A stretch of 63,632 bases of DNA, filler included, from Reticulomyxa filosa (Eukaryota > Protista > Foraminifera), in the NCBI GenBank assembly GCA_000512085.1. It is 21 parts of 21 records of this genome, joined end to end, with 100 filler letters (N's around TTAATTAATTAA, not from the genome) between each part and the next. Parts side by side here need not be neighbours in the genome. Positions count along the whole stretch, not along the records: positions 48,601 to 56,084 come from ASPP01002859.1; positions 56,185 to 59,066 come from ASPP01020782.1; positions 59,167 to 61,650 come from ASPP01047709.1; positions 61,751 to 63,632 come from ASPP01019179.1; 17 more parts are not named here. One strand, given 5' to 3'. Below, piece by piece: positions 51,167-63,632 of the stretch. The notes beneath the pieces were generated by a model that worked only from the letters and a program-made list of their open reading frames with translations, was not told where the DNA came from and ran no database searches. The stretch's first letter is position 1; every line of letters starts with the position of its first letter. A program made the translations under genes and the position numbers.

Positions 51167-53524
51167 TAAATAGAATAAAAGAAAACAATGAATTAAAAAT
51201 AATGAGAGAAATATGTTTATATATATTATGGAATATCATATCTCATCCAAAAATTATTAAATATCGTCAAATTAATATAAATTCATTGTATCAAATTTTA
51301 AAACGAAAATGTTATCGATTCAATATTAATGTAAATATATTATTTGAAAAGATGCAATCATTTTTAGAACAATGTGGATTCCAAAAAGAAAATAATAATA
51401 ATAATAATAATAATAATTGGTATTATCATTTTATTGAATATAATGCTCAGTTATTATGGTTATGGGAATGTTATGAGAAATGGATTTATCAACAACCAAT
51501 GTATTAATCTTTATTTATGTTTCAATTATTTCATTTAAAAAAAATATAATAAATCACAAATAATATAGCTATAAAACAAGAATAAATATTCCAAAAACAA
51601 CATGTATGTTATTAAATGGAAAATGGAAAGAATATGTAATGTTATTTGATTATGAATATCGACGAATTATATTAATGAATAAAAATAATTTAAAAATAAA
51701 AACATTAACAAGTTGGAAATCCAAAAAGATCATCATTGGAATTGAATGTTCGTATTCAATTGTATAATGATTATTCTGAAATTGAAACAAGTTGTATCAA
51801 ATATTATAATCTTATTCTTAACGATTCTTGGCATTTTCGTACAATGTATTATGATTATAGAAGTGATTTATCAAACTGTTGTTAATGACACACACTTAAA
51901 GGATTGATGAATTTGCAAAAAAATTGTTTTTAATAAAATAGGAATTCAATTCATTCCAAGTTATTCTCAAAGGATTGTATTCATTAGAATATAGAGAACC
52001 ATTAAATCCTTATTCAATGACTTTGAGACAAGGACTTCAATACTTTAAACAGCAATTACAAGTAAGATCACAATCTATACTTGGAGAGGATGAATTGGTA
52101 ATATTTGAATGTGCTTTTGATAAATGTGAGCCACAAATTCCATTGAATATAAATGAAGATGAAGAAGGTATTATTGGATGATATTTATAATTATCTTCTT
52201 CATTATCCAAAATGTACAAGTTCATTGGAAAATAAATTATAAATTTATGACATCTTACAAACATTCAATTAGTATTGAAAGAATAGATATACCAAAAAGC
52301 ATTCCAATTGAAGATATTATTATTTCATCAAATCGAAAACCTAAATTTAATCCATTATTGTATGAATGTGATATTCACAAACTTAAAATTATTCAAATAA
52401 ATATACAAGCAAAAATGAATTAAAATCACTGTTGCATGAAGTAATCAAAAATCATTATTTAATTGATTTGATTCCTAATAAACTTCGATCAAAAAGGTGA
52501 ACAAGTGATAATAAAAAAAATAAATTATAATGAAAATAATGCAGATGAATTAATATTAAATGATAAAATCATTAACAATATTAAATGAATTAAAAATGTT
52601 ATATATCATGATGATATTCATAAACAAATGGGATATCCACTTCAATTACATCAAATTTGTGCAATATTATTATATTGTGGAAAATCATGTAATTCTGAAT
52701 TTAGTTATGATCAAATACAATTTCAACATTTTAAATGGTTAATTTGGATAAGTATTTACAAGATGCTATCCTTATTTTACACAAACATGAAAGAAGAGAA
52801 GAAAGTGAAATGGAATTATATTGTGGATTGAAAAATGTGAGATTAGAGAATATTAAAGAAATTAAATCAGGTTTTTTTTATAAGTCATGTAAAGTACTTC
52901 TGATGATATTCAAGTTGCAAAGATTTATACAAGTGATCAAGGATGTATTTTACATTTTCATCCTTCTATGAGAAGATCACTTGCAATATTTAGCTGTGAT
53001 GTATCATGGATATCTCCATTCAAACATGAACGTGAAATTTTATTTTCTAGATCTCATTTTTCCCAATTTTATAATGAAGTACATAAAGAAAGAGATTGAT
53101 GGAATGCAAAAATAGAGGAAGAAGATAAAAACACACAAATGATATTATTGACATGGGCAAGACATGATCAATTCATCCAACAAACTATGTCTATTAGTAA
53201 AATGTGGAATCATTCCATTGACTTAAATCTCATCTATATAGTGTTAGCGAATTGTTCAAGGAAGCATAAGTCGAACAAAAAAGTTGTTATTTGAATTTGA
53301 AGAATGGAGGAATCATCCAAACAATAAAATAAAATATGAAGAAAAAAAGAAAGAGTTTATGGAAAGACGTTGTTGCAATCATCATATCAATTTGTTTTCT
53401 ATTTTTTTTAATGGAAGCCAGATTTTCAAAACATAATAATACTCCTATTGAATTTGCAACATTGGTTACTGTCCTAGATGGTTTGCCATTTGTTGAGAAA
53501 GATAAAGAGAGATATCAACAATGA
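50750..53524 (+). pseudogene. CUE/UBA-like + PUB + ADP-ribosyltransferase-like multi-exon gene, disrupted
   Basis: N-terminus KLLNLCKENFEEATKIL (CUE/UBA-like). PUB: YILWNIISHPKIIKYRQIN...FLEQCGF. ART-like: AILLYCG, ELYCGL (52813-52830), STS (52893-52901), DVSWISPFKHEREILF (52998-53045). Several 1-bp indels plus an in-frame TGA near 53097. Confidence 0.7.
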
Positions 53525-54849
53525 AATAGTAAAACAAAATACGTTTTTTCTTTATCTGAACTCGTTACAATCAATTAAATTATTTTTCAATGGTTTGCAG
53601 TTTGTGCGTTAATGTTATTGTGTTATCTATCATTTCTTGCTGGATAAAAATTAATTTATCCTCAAATATGAACGTGAAAATTTCATATCATAAGTTCCCT
53701 TTCTTTTTTAATTCTATACATAATTGCATACAATTCTTTTCTATTCAATCAATATCTCAAACATATCAATATAAGCATTTTTACGTAAACGAAACAAATA
53801 CAACATAAATTACTCATTTTAATACTTTGTGTAGTTTTGCAGCAACTTCGTTTATTTCATAAATATAAGGGATATTTTTGCGATTACAACAAAACAAAGT
53901 ACATTGAGACAAAAACATCAACCAAATGAGCCATTTACTTATTCCAATAAAATAAAAACATTTTTTGCTATAAAATAATTTTAAATTTTCATTCACTTTT
54001 TTTTGTTGTTGTGAATTTCTGTCGTGATATCCTTGTAACATATCATATATCACTATTTGTTGTTCTTAGATTACCAATTCTTATTTTATCAATTGAGAAG
54101 TATAAAATTAGATTTTTTCAAAAAAAAGGTGAGACGCTTTAGCATAATTTTCGAGACATACTTTTCAATAATTAAAAAATGATTTTCGCTATTAACGTCT
54201 GCTTTGAAAAAAAAAAACGGATATTTTCAATGGAATGGTAATATTGTTTTTCTCTTGATTTGAAACAAGTAATGCATTGTCTTTTTCATGACTTGAACAA
54301 AGTAGACAACAAGGAAGCTGTTGTGTAGTAACAACTTATATGTGATAGTTGTCACGTGTCAGAGTTACATTCAAATCATATCAATTTCTCTTTTTCAAAA
54401 TCAACTGCTCATGTCGGAATTGCCTTTGAAATCTTGGATCCCTTTTTTTTTTTTTTTGAAGTGGCCGGAAACAGGAGGCAAAAGTTCGTTTCATCTGTTG
54501 TAAAACAAACGCAATTTTTATTTATATGTATGTGTAAGCATGAAGCATGCCCATTGTTTTGCTTTTTCAAAAAAAAACAAGCAAAAGCTTGCACGATTAG
54601 TTATTTGTACACACAATTAATTCCAAGAATTTTCGCTTTTATAGTACAAAGGTGTTAAGACGAAGACAATTATATTTTATTTATTTATTTTAATCCTAGT
54701 AGTGAAACTTGGAAATTGATGAATGTAGGCGAAGACCACTTTGGAAAGAGAAGGGACGTAAGCCCTGCCCCTGAGTCAAAAACTTTTCCTTTTGTTTTTT
54801 TTAATTTTTGTGCGCATAATAATACATTCGAGACTAAAAGAAAAGGAGA

Positions 54850-55965
54850 ATGTATAATACCTCACGCGGAGGAGGAGAAGGCGGCGAAGGCAGCAGTGGG
54901 GTGAATGTGAAGAAATGGTTGGCGGACAACAAGTTGAGCGAGGTGGAGAAGGTGTTTCTGGAGCGTGAGATCCAGATCGAGGAGTTGGCGGACTTTCAAG
55001 CAGAGGAATTGGCTGACTTTGCAAAAGATTTAGGTAAAAAAAAAAGTGTTTTTTTTGCAACCTCAAAAAAAAAAAAAAAAAATTGGGTGAAACAATACAT
55101 TATATATATATATATATGTATATAAATATATATATAAATTAAAAAAAAAAAAAAAGGATTGGATACATTGCAACGACGTCGTTTCGTGAAAGCGATCCAA
55201 GACATGCGAAAGGCACGACCACCAGCATACGGCGAGTCAAGTGGCATGTCGACAACAGGGATGCTAACGTCGACATTATCAACAACAACATCATCGACAT
55301 TGACGACCTCATCATTATCATCGACAAGTGGCTATGGTGGTGAGCCATCGTCAGGACTGACGACGACGACAGGCATGTCCGTATTTGGGTCGTCATCATC
55401 ATCATCGAGCAGCAACGTGCACGTAATGGTATCGCCGCAAGAGCACAAAGCAATGAACAAGTTGCAGCAGTACTTTGACAAGAGCGGTCTGGTGGTGCAG
55501 CAGTTGACGTCGTCGCCGGCGGCATTGAAGAAGAGCGCAACAGAATGCGAGTCGGAGATCAACGAGAAGCTGGAGCGCATTGTGGCGTCGATCGAGGATA
55601 AAAGAAAGCAGCTGCTGCGTCAGGTGGACGGACTGAAGCAAGAGAAGGAAATGAAATTGAAGGAGCAATTGACCACGCTATTGCAGTATCAACAAGTGAT
55701 TGGACAGGGTAAGAACGAGTACGAGGCCATTATGGCCAATAGCCAACTCGACGTGGTCAATCGTAAGAAGGAGGTGGTGCGTGTTGCTCAGGCCATTCTC
55801 ACTCGCAAGGGCGTCAACCTCATCGTCGCTACCCAGCCTAAGATGCAGTTCACCTTTGAGACAGCCGTCTTGGACAAGTTCCTCAAAGACTTGGATATCG
55901 ATGATTGCGATCAGCCATTTCCTCCTATCGTTGCTGTTGTCAAGGCTACTTTTAATACTATTACT
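54850..55965 (+). CDS. SAM domain + TRIM-like coiled coil + start of FN3 domain, 3'-truncated
   Basis: SAM: VKKWLADNKLSEVEKVFLEREIQIEEL...DLG/LDTLQRRRFVKAI. BBC-like coiled coil: ECESEINEKLERIVASIEDKRKQLL. FN3 start: PFPPIVAVVKATFNTIT. Intron 55034-55156. Confidence 0.7.
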
Positions 55966-55971
55966 GTTTAG

Positions 55972-56007
<36 letters not shown>

Positions 56008-56047
56008 ATTTTTTTTTTTTTTTTTATAAATTTTTTTTAATTCTCCC

Positions 56048-56084
<37 letters not shown>

Positions 56085-56238
56085 NNNNNNNNNNNNNNNN
56101 NNNNNNNNNNNNNNNNNNNNNNNNNNNNTTAATTAATTAANNNNNNNNNNNNNNNNNNNNNNNNNNNNNNNNNNNNNNNNNNNNTTTTTGTGAAACACAA
56201 ACAACATACATAATGTATACGTATGTGCCAAAACTTAG

Positions 56239-56357
56239 GAATCTATTGTGGACTCATTATTTGGGTGCGACAGAATATAACTTGCAGCTGGCAGAGAGCG
56301 AAGCAGCGAAACCCGAGAGTGACAAATGGGGCAATAGTCGATCGACGAGCGACACGC

Positions 56358-56392
<35 letters not shown>

Positions 56393-57189
56393 CTGAAGTC
56401 GATGGAACAATACTTGGCGGTCGCATTGTCGAGCGTGAGCGCGGAGATGGACCCCAAAGAAGTGCAAAGGGTGAGCGAGCGGATCAATAGCATTCGAATC
56501 AAAGGTTATTCCAATGCCATTGCCATTGCTTTGCAAAGGGCAACATACTGGGGAAGTGCTGGAGATATTGCCAACTTTGAGCAAACGTTGAAACAAATCG
56601 ACGATTATGTTTCTCAAGGCGGTCAAGTTGATCATGCTGGTAATTCATTCATCCAATTTTTTTTTTTTTTTCTTCCCTCTTTGCATATATATATATATAT
56701 ATGTATATATTGTTGATGCATGTGTATGTACGTATACATGTATATGATTTCCTTAGAACTGGAGAAAATCAAAACCCTTGGTTATTCTTCAAAGTGTCGG
56801 GCATTGTTGGCAGATGCAGAAATTAAAGCGTCTCAGGTTTGTAACAAAACGACTTCATTAACATGCAAAAAAAAAAAAAAAGCATGTTGATGTATTGCAT
56901 GCGGTAACAGGGCAATGTTTTGGGTTGCGAAAATGCAATTCGACGCATTCAAAAAATCGTTGAGAAATGTGGTACACAAATCGACTGTGGAGTTCGGACT
57001 GAAGAATTGACGACAATGCTTCAACGGGCTCATTCGCTTCGTGTTTCACATATGCTGGAGCAAGCCAAAAAAGCCCACAAAAATGGAAATAATCGACAAG
57101 CAAAACAGTTTTTGGAACAAGCAAAAAAATATGCCGCTACCAATCAAATCCCTTTTGACGAAGACCAAGCCAAACAAATTTTGCAATAA
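56239..57189 (+). CDS. Helical-repeat protein, C-terminal part (3 exons)
   Basis: Three ~55-60-aa repeats: IRIKGYSNAIAIALQRATYWGSAGD, IKTLGYSSKCRALLADAELKASQ/GN and LQRAHSLRVSHMLEQAKKAHKNGN. GT-AG introns at ~56640-56757 and ~56837-56909. Confidence 0.55.
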
Positions 57190-58057
57190 ATCGTATCATG
57201 GATATCGCACTGCATTTTTTTTGTGCTACCTCCTTTCTTTATTGGATTGACTGTTTCATATTATTGCTCAAATTATACACCATTGCCCCTCTCGTCTCTA
57301 AGTCCTTCCACTCTCTCGTCAAACAGTTTTTGTGTTCTGCTCAGTCACAGTACAAGTAAATTATTTTGCCAATTGCAGTTGTTATACAAATCAAATTCGC
57401 ATGGAGGGGTGAACAAGATACAGCGTTAGTGTGTTGTTCATTGAATTAATTGTTATTGCTTTGTCGGATCAGTCCAATTTAACAAACAACCAGTGCCATA
57501 TGGATTAATTTTTTTAGTAAAGCATCTCATTATGCACTGAGAAAAATCTACAATACCCAATTTTTGGAAAATTTATTTTTAAAAGTAAAAATTATAATAC
57601 TTTGAGTTATGAAGGATAGAGCTTCCTTGGTGACAAGGTTCTAAGCACTGGACCCTTTTTCCTAAAAACTTATTTCGTCTTTCGCTTTTTCTGGTAAAAC
57701 TTCCTAAATCCAAATTACCTCCTTACTTGAAAAAGTCTAACCAAAAAATTTTTTTGTACTTCTAGCTTTTTAATGCGACAAACATTCCTATTTGAATATT
57801 CTCTAGTGATGCCACAAAATACAAAAAAACATTGGCTGGTGTCCAAAAGCAGTATATCAATTAACAGTTAAAAAGATGTTATGCTCCACCTGTGGCAAAA
57901 TTATCAGTACTTCGGAAAAAAAAAAGAAAATATATCCAAAGCCTTAATTGGTTTCAGACATTACAACAACGATACAATGCATAAAGCAGCGTATCTTGGT
58001 AGACACAAATGCACCCCAATTAAGATCTTTTCAAGAAAGAGCCAAATTTACTCTTAA

Positions 58058-58996
58058 CTATTGGTAATAATCACAAAAGTTAATATTGGCAGACGTACCG
58101 ATTGTTTGCAATCCATCAAAAAAACTGTCATCATCCAATAACCAATCATGCGTATTTTGTTGAGTCTGATCATCTCTAAAAGGCGAAATGAGTGACAATC
58201 CGTCGTCATTTTCAAATAGGGAGAAAAGACTTGGGAAAGTGTCGCCAACAGTCGCTTCGGTTTTATCTTTTTGTTCCTTTTCGTTGGTTTCAGAGAGCAC
58301 GTGTTGTGTGGAAGAACCGAGCAATGAATAGCCCCTGTCTTCTGTATATTCCCCGATACCGCACATCCACAAAACATTACGTAGGGCTTTGCCAATTAAT
58401 CAACAAAAAGAAAGAAAGAAAAAAAAAAAAAAACCCGGTTTTTCAGCATATTGTAAATGTCGGTTACGACGTGTAGTGTTTGTTCGCCCATGCACATTTT
58501 TTTGTGTGCAGCCCCAGCAACTTCTTTCAAATGATTGGCAAAGTGTATATTACACGATTTGCCGTCATGTTGATAGGACAATAACATTCGTTCAACGCTT
58601 TTTTTTTTTTTTTAATGAGTATACTTTGAGTTTTATTATTATTATTAAAAAGATTAGTTAAAGAACCTTCGATTTTTTTGACAGGGTTTCGTAAAATCAC
58701 TAATATCCAAAAAATCGTCGCATTGACGCACAATGTCTCTGACGAAGCGTAGGATGGATATGCGTTCGAATTCCACCAAATTCAGCAATATGGTATTGCA
58801 AAATTTGTCTCTGCCGCGCAGCACGTCTTGCAACAAAGTGCGGAAGAGGGGGTGGGTGCAATCGTTGTTGTAGTGTTTCATCCATGTGCGGATCACGTGC
58901 GAAAACACGTCACTTGCTTTGCCATCATGTTCTGCCTTCATTGCGGAGGACCGAAGAATCAGATTGTCGTTACTACCTTTCACGTATAATACTTGC
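58058..58996 (-). CDS. Hypothetical multi-exon protein, C-terminal part
   Basis: Exons ~58660-58996, ~58438-58598 and 58058-58395, separated by poly-A/poly-T introns. Acidic C-terminal tail. Confidence 0.45.
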
Positions 58997-59970
58997 TATG
59001 ATGTATTACCAAGAGTATAAAAAAAATATTTTTTTTTTTTTTTATTAGTAAAAGGGGGGGGTAGGGNNNNNNNNNNNNNNNNNNNNNNNNNNNNNNNNNN
59101 NNNNNNNNNNTTAATTAATTAANNNNNNNNNNNNNNNNNNNNNNNNNNNNNNNNNNNNNNNNNNNNATTCTGTTTAGAAACCAATATGAAGCTAATAAAG
59201 CAAGACATTCATTTTTTGTAAGCTCATGTGTTTTTTTAAAGATAATTCCAGATTTCGTTAAAATTCAATCTTGCAAACAATTACTCTATCAAGAATACAA
59301 ATATTTACATGATAGTCAACTTTTTTCCATCATCTTTCTTATTGGAAATCTTCCAACAAATTTGGCAATTATTTTCCTTTTCAACAAGGCCGCAAAGAAA
59401 ATTAAAGTTGGGTAATTTATTACAATTTGTGTATATGAAGAAAACATTTTCTAAGCAATAATTTCGACAAACTGTTACAAAACATAATAGAATTTTGTAT
59501 TAGTTGGAACGATCTTTTTTTATTCGAACTGGGTGGTCATGGAAAAAAAAATGACAATTCTTTTTCTAAACCTTGAGGTTACAATTGATAGCAAATTTTA
59601 ATTGATCTGCATAAAGGAAGCCGATGTGTCAACAAATTAGGCCAATTTGTTGTCCAGAAGGAACAGAGGACTAAGTGCAAAATACGAAGGAAAAGTTTGA
59701 TCTGCTTAAAATTCGGTTACCAATAACTGGAATCTTAAACCAAATCCTTAAGTTCTCCTTTTTTTTTTTTTTTTTTGAGGGTTCGCTATTTCGAATGGCT
59801 CGGGTTGAGTTCTTCCACACAATTTGCATTTCCATTTTCATTTTTATTGTCGTTTGCATTTGTACTTGCATCTACATACATATACACGTACATGTATGTG
59901 CTATGCATGTATATAGTTGTACGTTTTGTATTTATCGTCTCTTATTTGATTATTGCTACCTACGGTCTAT

Positions 59971-60545
59971 TTAAAAATAAGTAAATAAAATGGAATTTGT
60001 ATTTGGCAAGACAAAACATGATAGTTGTGGCAATGTCTTTTCAAACTCAATTTTCCCACGATACATATACTCTGCTTTGGCAGAACGCACTGACGCCGGG
60101 ATGTCTTTGTCTTTGCTTTGCGTGCAAACGCGACACACCCAGCGGTATAACACATGTGCTCCACCGACGATATTGTGGCTTTCAAATTTGTACACGCTTT
60201 GGCCGCTGTAATAGCAGTCCTTCACTTTGCACACAAACTTTTTTGTGTGTTCGTTTCTTACTGCCACAAGTCGCGGGTCCATTATATTGTGCACAGTTTC
60301 TTTTTTTTTTTTTTTGAGACAAGTGTTGACCGAACAAGGGCTGCGTTTGTGCTTGTGATTGCGGTTGGAATGAGCCTTCAGAATAAGGGAAGGAAGTGGG
60401 CAAAGCCAATGAGGTGTGAGCGGGAAAAGAGCAATTGGCTTGAACTAAGCAAGGAGGTGCATTGGGAATTGGTTGTGCCGCATTGACAACCGCGTTGAGC
60501 AACCATTGAGGAATAGGCGGACAAGGCTGGTTCCATCGAGTACAC
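59971..60545 (-). CDS. Hypothetical protein with zinc-finger-like Cys/His motif
   Basis: A Pro/Gln-rich segment followed by FVCKVKDCYY...ESH...H...WVCRVC. Exon structure uncertain. Confidence 0.35.
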
Positions 60546-61029
60546 TATCGTACATTTTCAATTCATCCACAATGTGCAATGACAAGCACAGACAAGTGCT
60601 CCATTTGTTTATCCACGCTTTTAACTTCTCTACTTAAACGACAATGTTTATTTGTATTTACGTATTTTGACATATGTACATATATATATGCAAAAAACGT
60701 TGTCAAAAATGTCTATTTGTTCTCTTCCACCTTTCATCTGATGTACATTCCATTGGATGTCTTAAGGATTGGAAGATGAGTTGTTTTCTAATTTGTATTG
60801 TTTAACTGATCTATCCTTTCTAAAAATTGAGCAAATACTGCTTCGGATTTTACTTGACTGTTCTTAAAACCCTTTAATCAAATTGTTTACTTTCTTATTT
60901 CAAATTTCTTTTATTTCTAACCAATTAAATAAGTATCTATCTATTTTATGATAACGTGCGTCCAAAGCATGCATTTTGTAAGATGATTAATCACATAAAA
61001 AAAAAAATTATTTTATTGTGGTTTCCATT

Positions 61030-61226
61030 TTAAATTGATATGTGCAATTGACAACTCCCTAAAATGAATCCTATGAACATTATGTGTTTACTTTTATTAA
61101 AATTAAATATATTTTTGGATTCTCCACGAACATAGATATTATTTAAATAAATATTGATTTTTCATGAACAAACACATAGGGTTCATTTTAGGAAGATCTT
61201 TTTAACTGTCAATTGTACCAATTTAA
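61030..61226. mobile_element. MITE-like element with degenerate terminal inverted repeats
   Basis: CCTAAAATGAATCCTATG (61058-61075) is inverted at 61175-61192 (17/18 match). CAATTGACA (61045-61053) is inverted at 61207-61215. TTAAATTG (61030-61037) is inverted at 61219-61226. Confidence 0.55.
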
Positions 61227-62364
61227 TTTTTCACACGTATGTTTGAGTTATGTTCAAAAAAAACTAAGAATTGGTCCTAATTTTTCTTCACTGTCAAATA
61301 GAAAATTTTTTGACACCTTTTAGATTTGTAACATAAATGAAATGCTTTTTCATTTAATAGTTCAAATACACATGAAAATCAAAATAAAATTGGGTCCATC
61401 TATGGTCGATCTCTTTAACACTTTGAATAAATTTGGGAAAGTTAGATTGATAAAACTTATGGAATTGGATTCGTTCAGTTGAATTAAGGTATAATTGAAA
61501 ATAGGCTTGGTTGGTTGATTCGTCACAACGATAAAATGCTCGATTTTGAATGGTATAAATCTTTGCTTTTGCAATAAGAGATTGTTTTACTGCCATTTCA
61601 TTATACAATTCATCAAATCTAACTTTCAATTGCTTTGAAAGGACTTTCATNNNNNNNNNNNNNNNNNNNNNNNNNNNNNNNNNNNNNNNNNNNNTTAATT
61701 AATTAANNNNNNNNNNNNNNNNNNNNNNNNNNNNNNNNNNNNNNNNNNNNAAACAATGGTGCATCATAATATCCTATGCTCACTGAAGCAAAAGTATAAT
61801 CGTTTGATTATCCATTTTAAAATACCAAGAAGATATTTTTATCAGATGTCATAAAGACTGTTTTGTCATCAGTTCAAATATAGGATGTTGGAAAAAAATT
61901 CAAATTCTCGATGAACTTTCTAATAGGATCCTTTCCTGTTCAAGATAAAGTAAAAATATTGTCATATTTACAGGACTAAAATCCATTGAATATTGAATCA
62001 TGAGATAATTAAAGATAAGATGAATTCAAAACCTCTTCAATGGCCAGATCTGTCATTATGTAATTTTTAAAAATACAAGACTTGATTGCTGTATTTCCTT
62101 AAGAACAGTGACAAAAATCGACTTATTTTAATTGGTATAGTGGTCATTCATTTAAATATAAAAAGAAATGAATCTGCGAAAAATGTATCTATCCTAAAAA
62201 AATATTTTATTCAGAATATTTACAAATCTGATTTGACAAAAGAATGCTTAGCTTTATGACAAAATGATGAAACTTTTAAAAAATGTTGTATTACACTTGT
62301 TTCAGAATAATACATCAAATTAACAAGTTTTGCGCCTTTCAAAAGGAATAATTAAAATAGTATG

Positions 62365-63537
62365 CTATTCCCAGACATGAACCGAACCATTACCAGAACC
62401 ATAATACAAGCTAAAGCCACAACAACTATCCTTTGTATTTTGACTGTTCTTCTCGCCTTGTTTCGATTTTAAAAATTTAAGACATAGAATTCCGTCGTCA
62501 TTTTCACCATTCCCTTTAATCACACGCAATTCCTTATTTGATCGAATATCCCAAAAACAAATGGTATTATCCCACGATCCAGAGCATATTATATTTGAAC
62601 AATCAGCTTCCGCATTGTTTACTACAAGTGGTGAATATTCGGCAGCAGTCACATAGCTTGTATGTCTGTTGAATACTCGAATTTGTTGGCCAGATCGGAT
62701 ATCCCATAAACGCATACTTCTATCTTGCGATCCAGATAATATCGTATTTGCACTGCCAATAACCCCTGATTCGGTTGGTCCATATTTTACACTCATAACT
62801 GCTTGTTCATGTCCTTTGAATACAATTAATGGTTTGGTTGTTTCAATATCCCATATGCGAATAGTTGTATCAAATGATCCAGAACAAATGGTATATCCAT
62901 TACCGCCAATCACACCAATACGATTTCTTTTATTATTATTATCATTCTCATTGCTATTGCTTTGCAATGGTGAAATATCAACACACCAAACAATATCTTC
63001 ATGTCCATTGAAAACATGCAATGATTCAGAAGTTTCGACATCCCATAAACGAATTGTTTTGTCACGTGATCCAGAGCACAAATACCGACCACCATTAAAT
63101 GGAGAAAATTCAATCCCATAGACACCACTGGCATGTCCACTAAATGTTTGAAGTTGCATGTTGTGTGTGATGTCCCAAAAGCGAATAGTTTTGTCACCAG
63201 ATGAAGAGCAAATGCCAATACAGTAATTGTTACAATAGTGATATGGTGAAAACTTTACACAAAATACGGCACTTGAATGTCCCTTGAATAGCCGAACACA
63301 ATCCGATGTCTCCACATTCCATACACAAATTGTTTTATCAAATGATCCAGAACAAAATAGAGGTGCATCGCCAAATCTTGCACAGTCAATACTATATACA
63401 CAATCAGTGTGTCCAACGAATGTCTTGAGTAGGCTCGAAGATGAGGTGAATAGATCAAAGTTGAATGTAGACGAGTGTTCTGGACCGTTTAATCGTGTTT
63501 CTTCTTTTACGTCTTCAGTCTCATTGTGGAGTATTTT
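62365..63537 (-). CDS. WD40-repeat protein, intact terminal exon (~7 repeats)
   Basis: Open from the AG acceptor at 63538-63539 to the stop at 62365, with repeated GH...CSGSxDKTIRxWD units. Confidence 0.93.
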   Translation of the reverse strand, partial: KILHNETEDVKEETRLNGPEHSSTFNFDLFTSSSSLLKTFVGHTDCVYSIDCARFGDAPLFCSGSFDKTICVWNVETSDCVRLFKGHSSAVFCVKFSPYHYCNNYCIGICSSSGDKTIRFWDITHNMQLQTFSGHASGVYGIEFSPFNGGRYLCSGSRDKTIRLWDVETSESLHVFNGHEDIVWCVDISPLQSNSNENDNNNKRNRIGVIGGNGYTICSGSFDTTIRIWDIETTKPLIVFKGHEQAVMSVKYGPTESGVIGSANTILSGSQDRSMRLWDIRSGQQIRVFNRHTSYVTAAEYSPLVVNNAEADCSNIICSGSWDNTICFWDIRSNKELRVIKGNGENDDGILCLKFLKSKQGEKNSQNTKDSCCGFSLYYGSGNGSVHVWE

Positions 63538-63562
63538 CTAGTGTAATTACATAGTATTGTGT

Positions 63563-63632
63563 TTATATATATATATATATTATATATATATATATATAAT
63601 ATATATATAATATATATATAATATATATATTA
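63563..63632. repeat. (TA)n-rich intronic microsatellite
   Basis: Imperfect TA repeat upstream of the WD40 exon. Confidence 0.9.

Noticed and set aside
50750-53524. Alternative genetic code or programmed frameshifting to explain in-frame stops and shifts
   Set aside because: Conserved genes (tubulin, TrpRS, sulfatase, ERp29) translate cleanly with the standard code, and genes here end in TAA, TAG and TGA. Disruptions concentrate in multicopy families and homopolymer runs, which fits pseudogenes and sequencing errors.
61354-62060. Short - strand ORF at 61354-61650 and a stop-riddled coding-like stretch at 61751-62060
   Set aside because: Contig-end fragments with no recognisable family; the evidence is insufficient.

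Overview
This is not one continuous locus. It is 21 short contigs of an AT-rich, intron-containing eukaryotic genome, joined by 20 identical artificial 100-bp spacers (N44-TTAATTAATTAA-N44). The expanded Kelch, WD40/TRAF-zinc-finger-WD40 and 7TM/RGS families and the poly-A/poly-T/(TA)n-filled introns point to a Reticulomyxa filosa-like foraminiferan (Rhizaria); this is an inference, not a database match. Recognisable genes: tryptophanyl-tRNA synthetase, conventional beta-tubulin, arylsulfatase B-like sulfatase, a long-chain acyl-CoA synthetase ending in SKL, a PRMT, ERp29, a TRAPPC2L/sedlin-like gene, an Elongin-B-like protein, a PH protein, an RGS protein, a divergent G-beta-like WD40, a RING/TRAF-zinc-finger protein, a PrsW-family protease and a DUF3293-like protein. 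There are also disrupted Kelch/WD40 copies, decayed Tc1/mariner elements (one nested) and a MITE-like inverted repeat. The best candidate for an undescribed system is a disrupted multi-exon gene (50750-53524) combining CUE/UBA-like, PUB and ADP-ribosyltransferase-like domains. A second candidate is intron 3' ends that carry poly-A instead of a polypyrimidine tract. I found no rRNA, tRNA or CRISPR array. All family assignments are by eye from motifs, and exon boundaries are manual and approximate.
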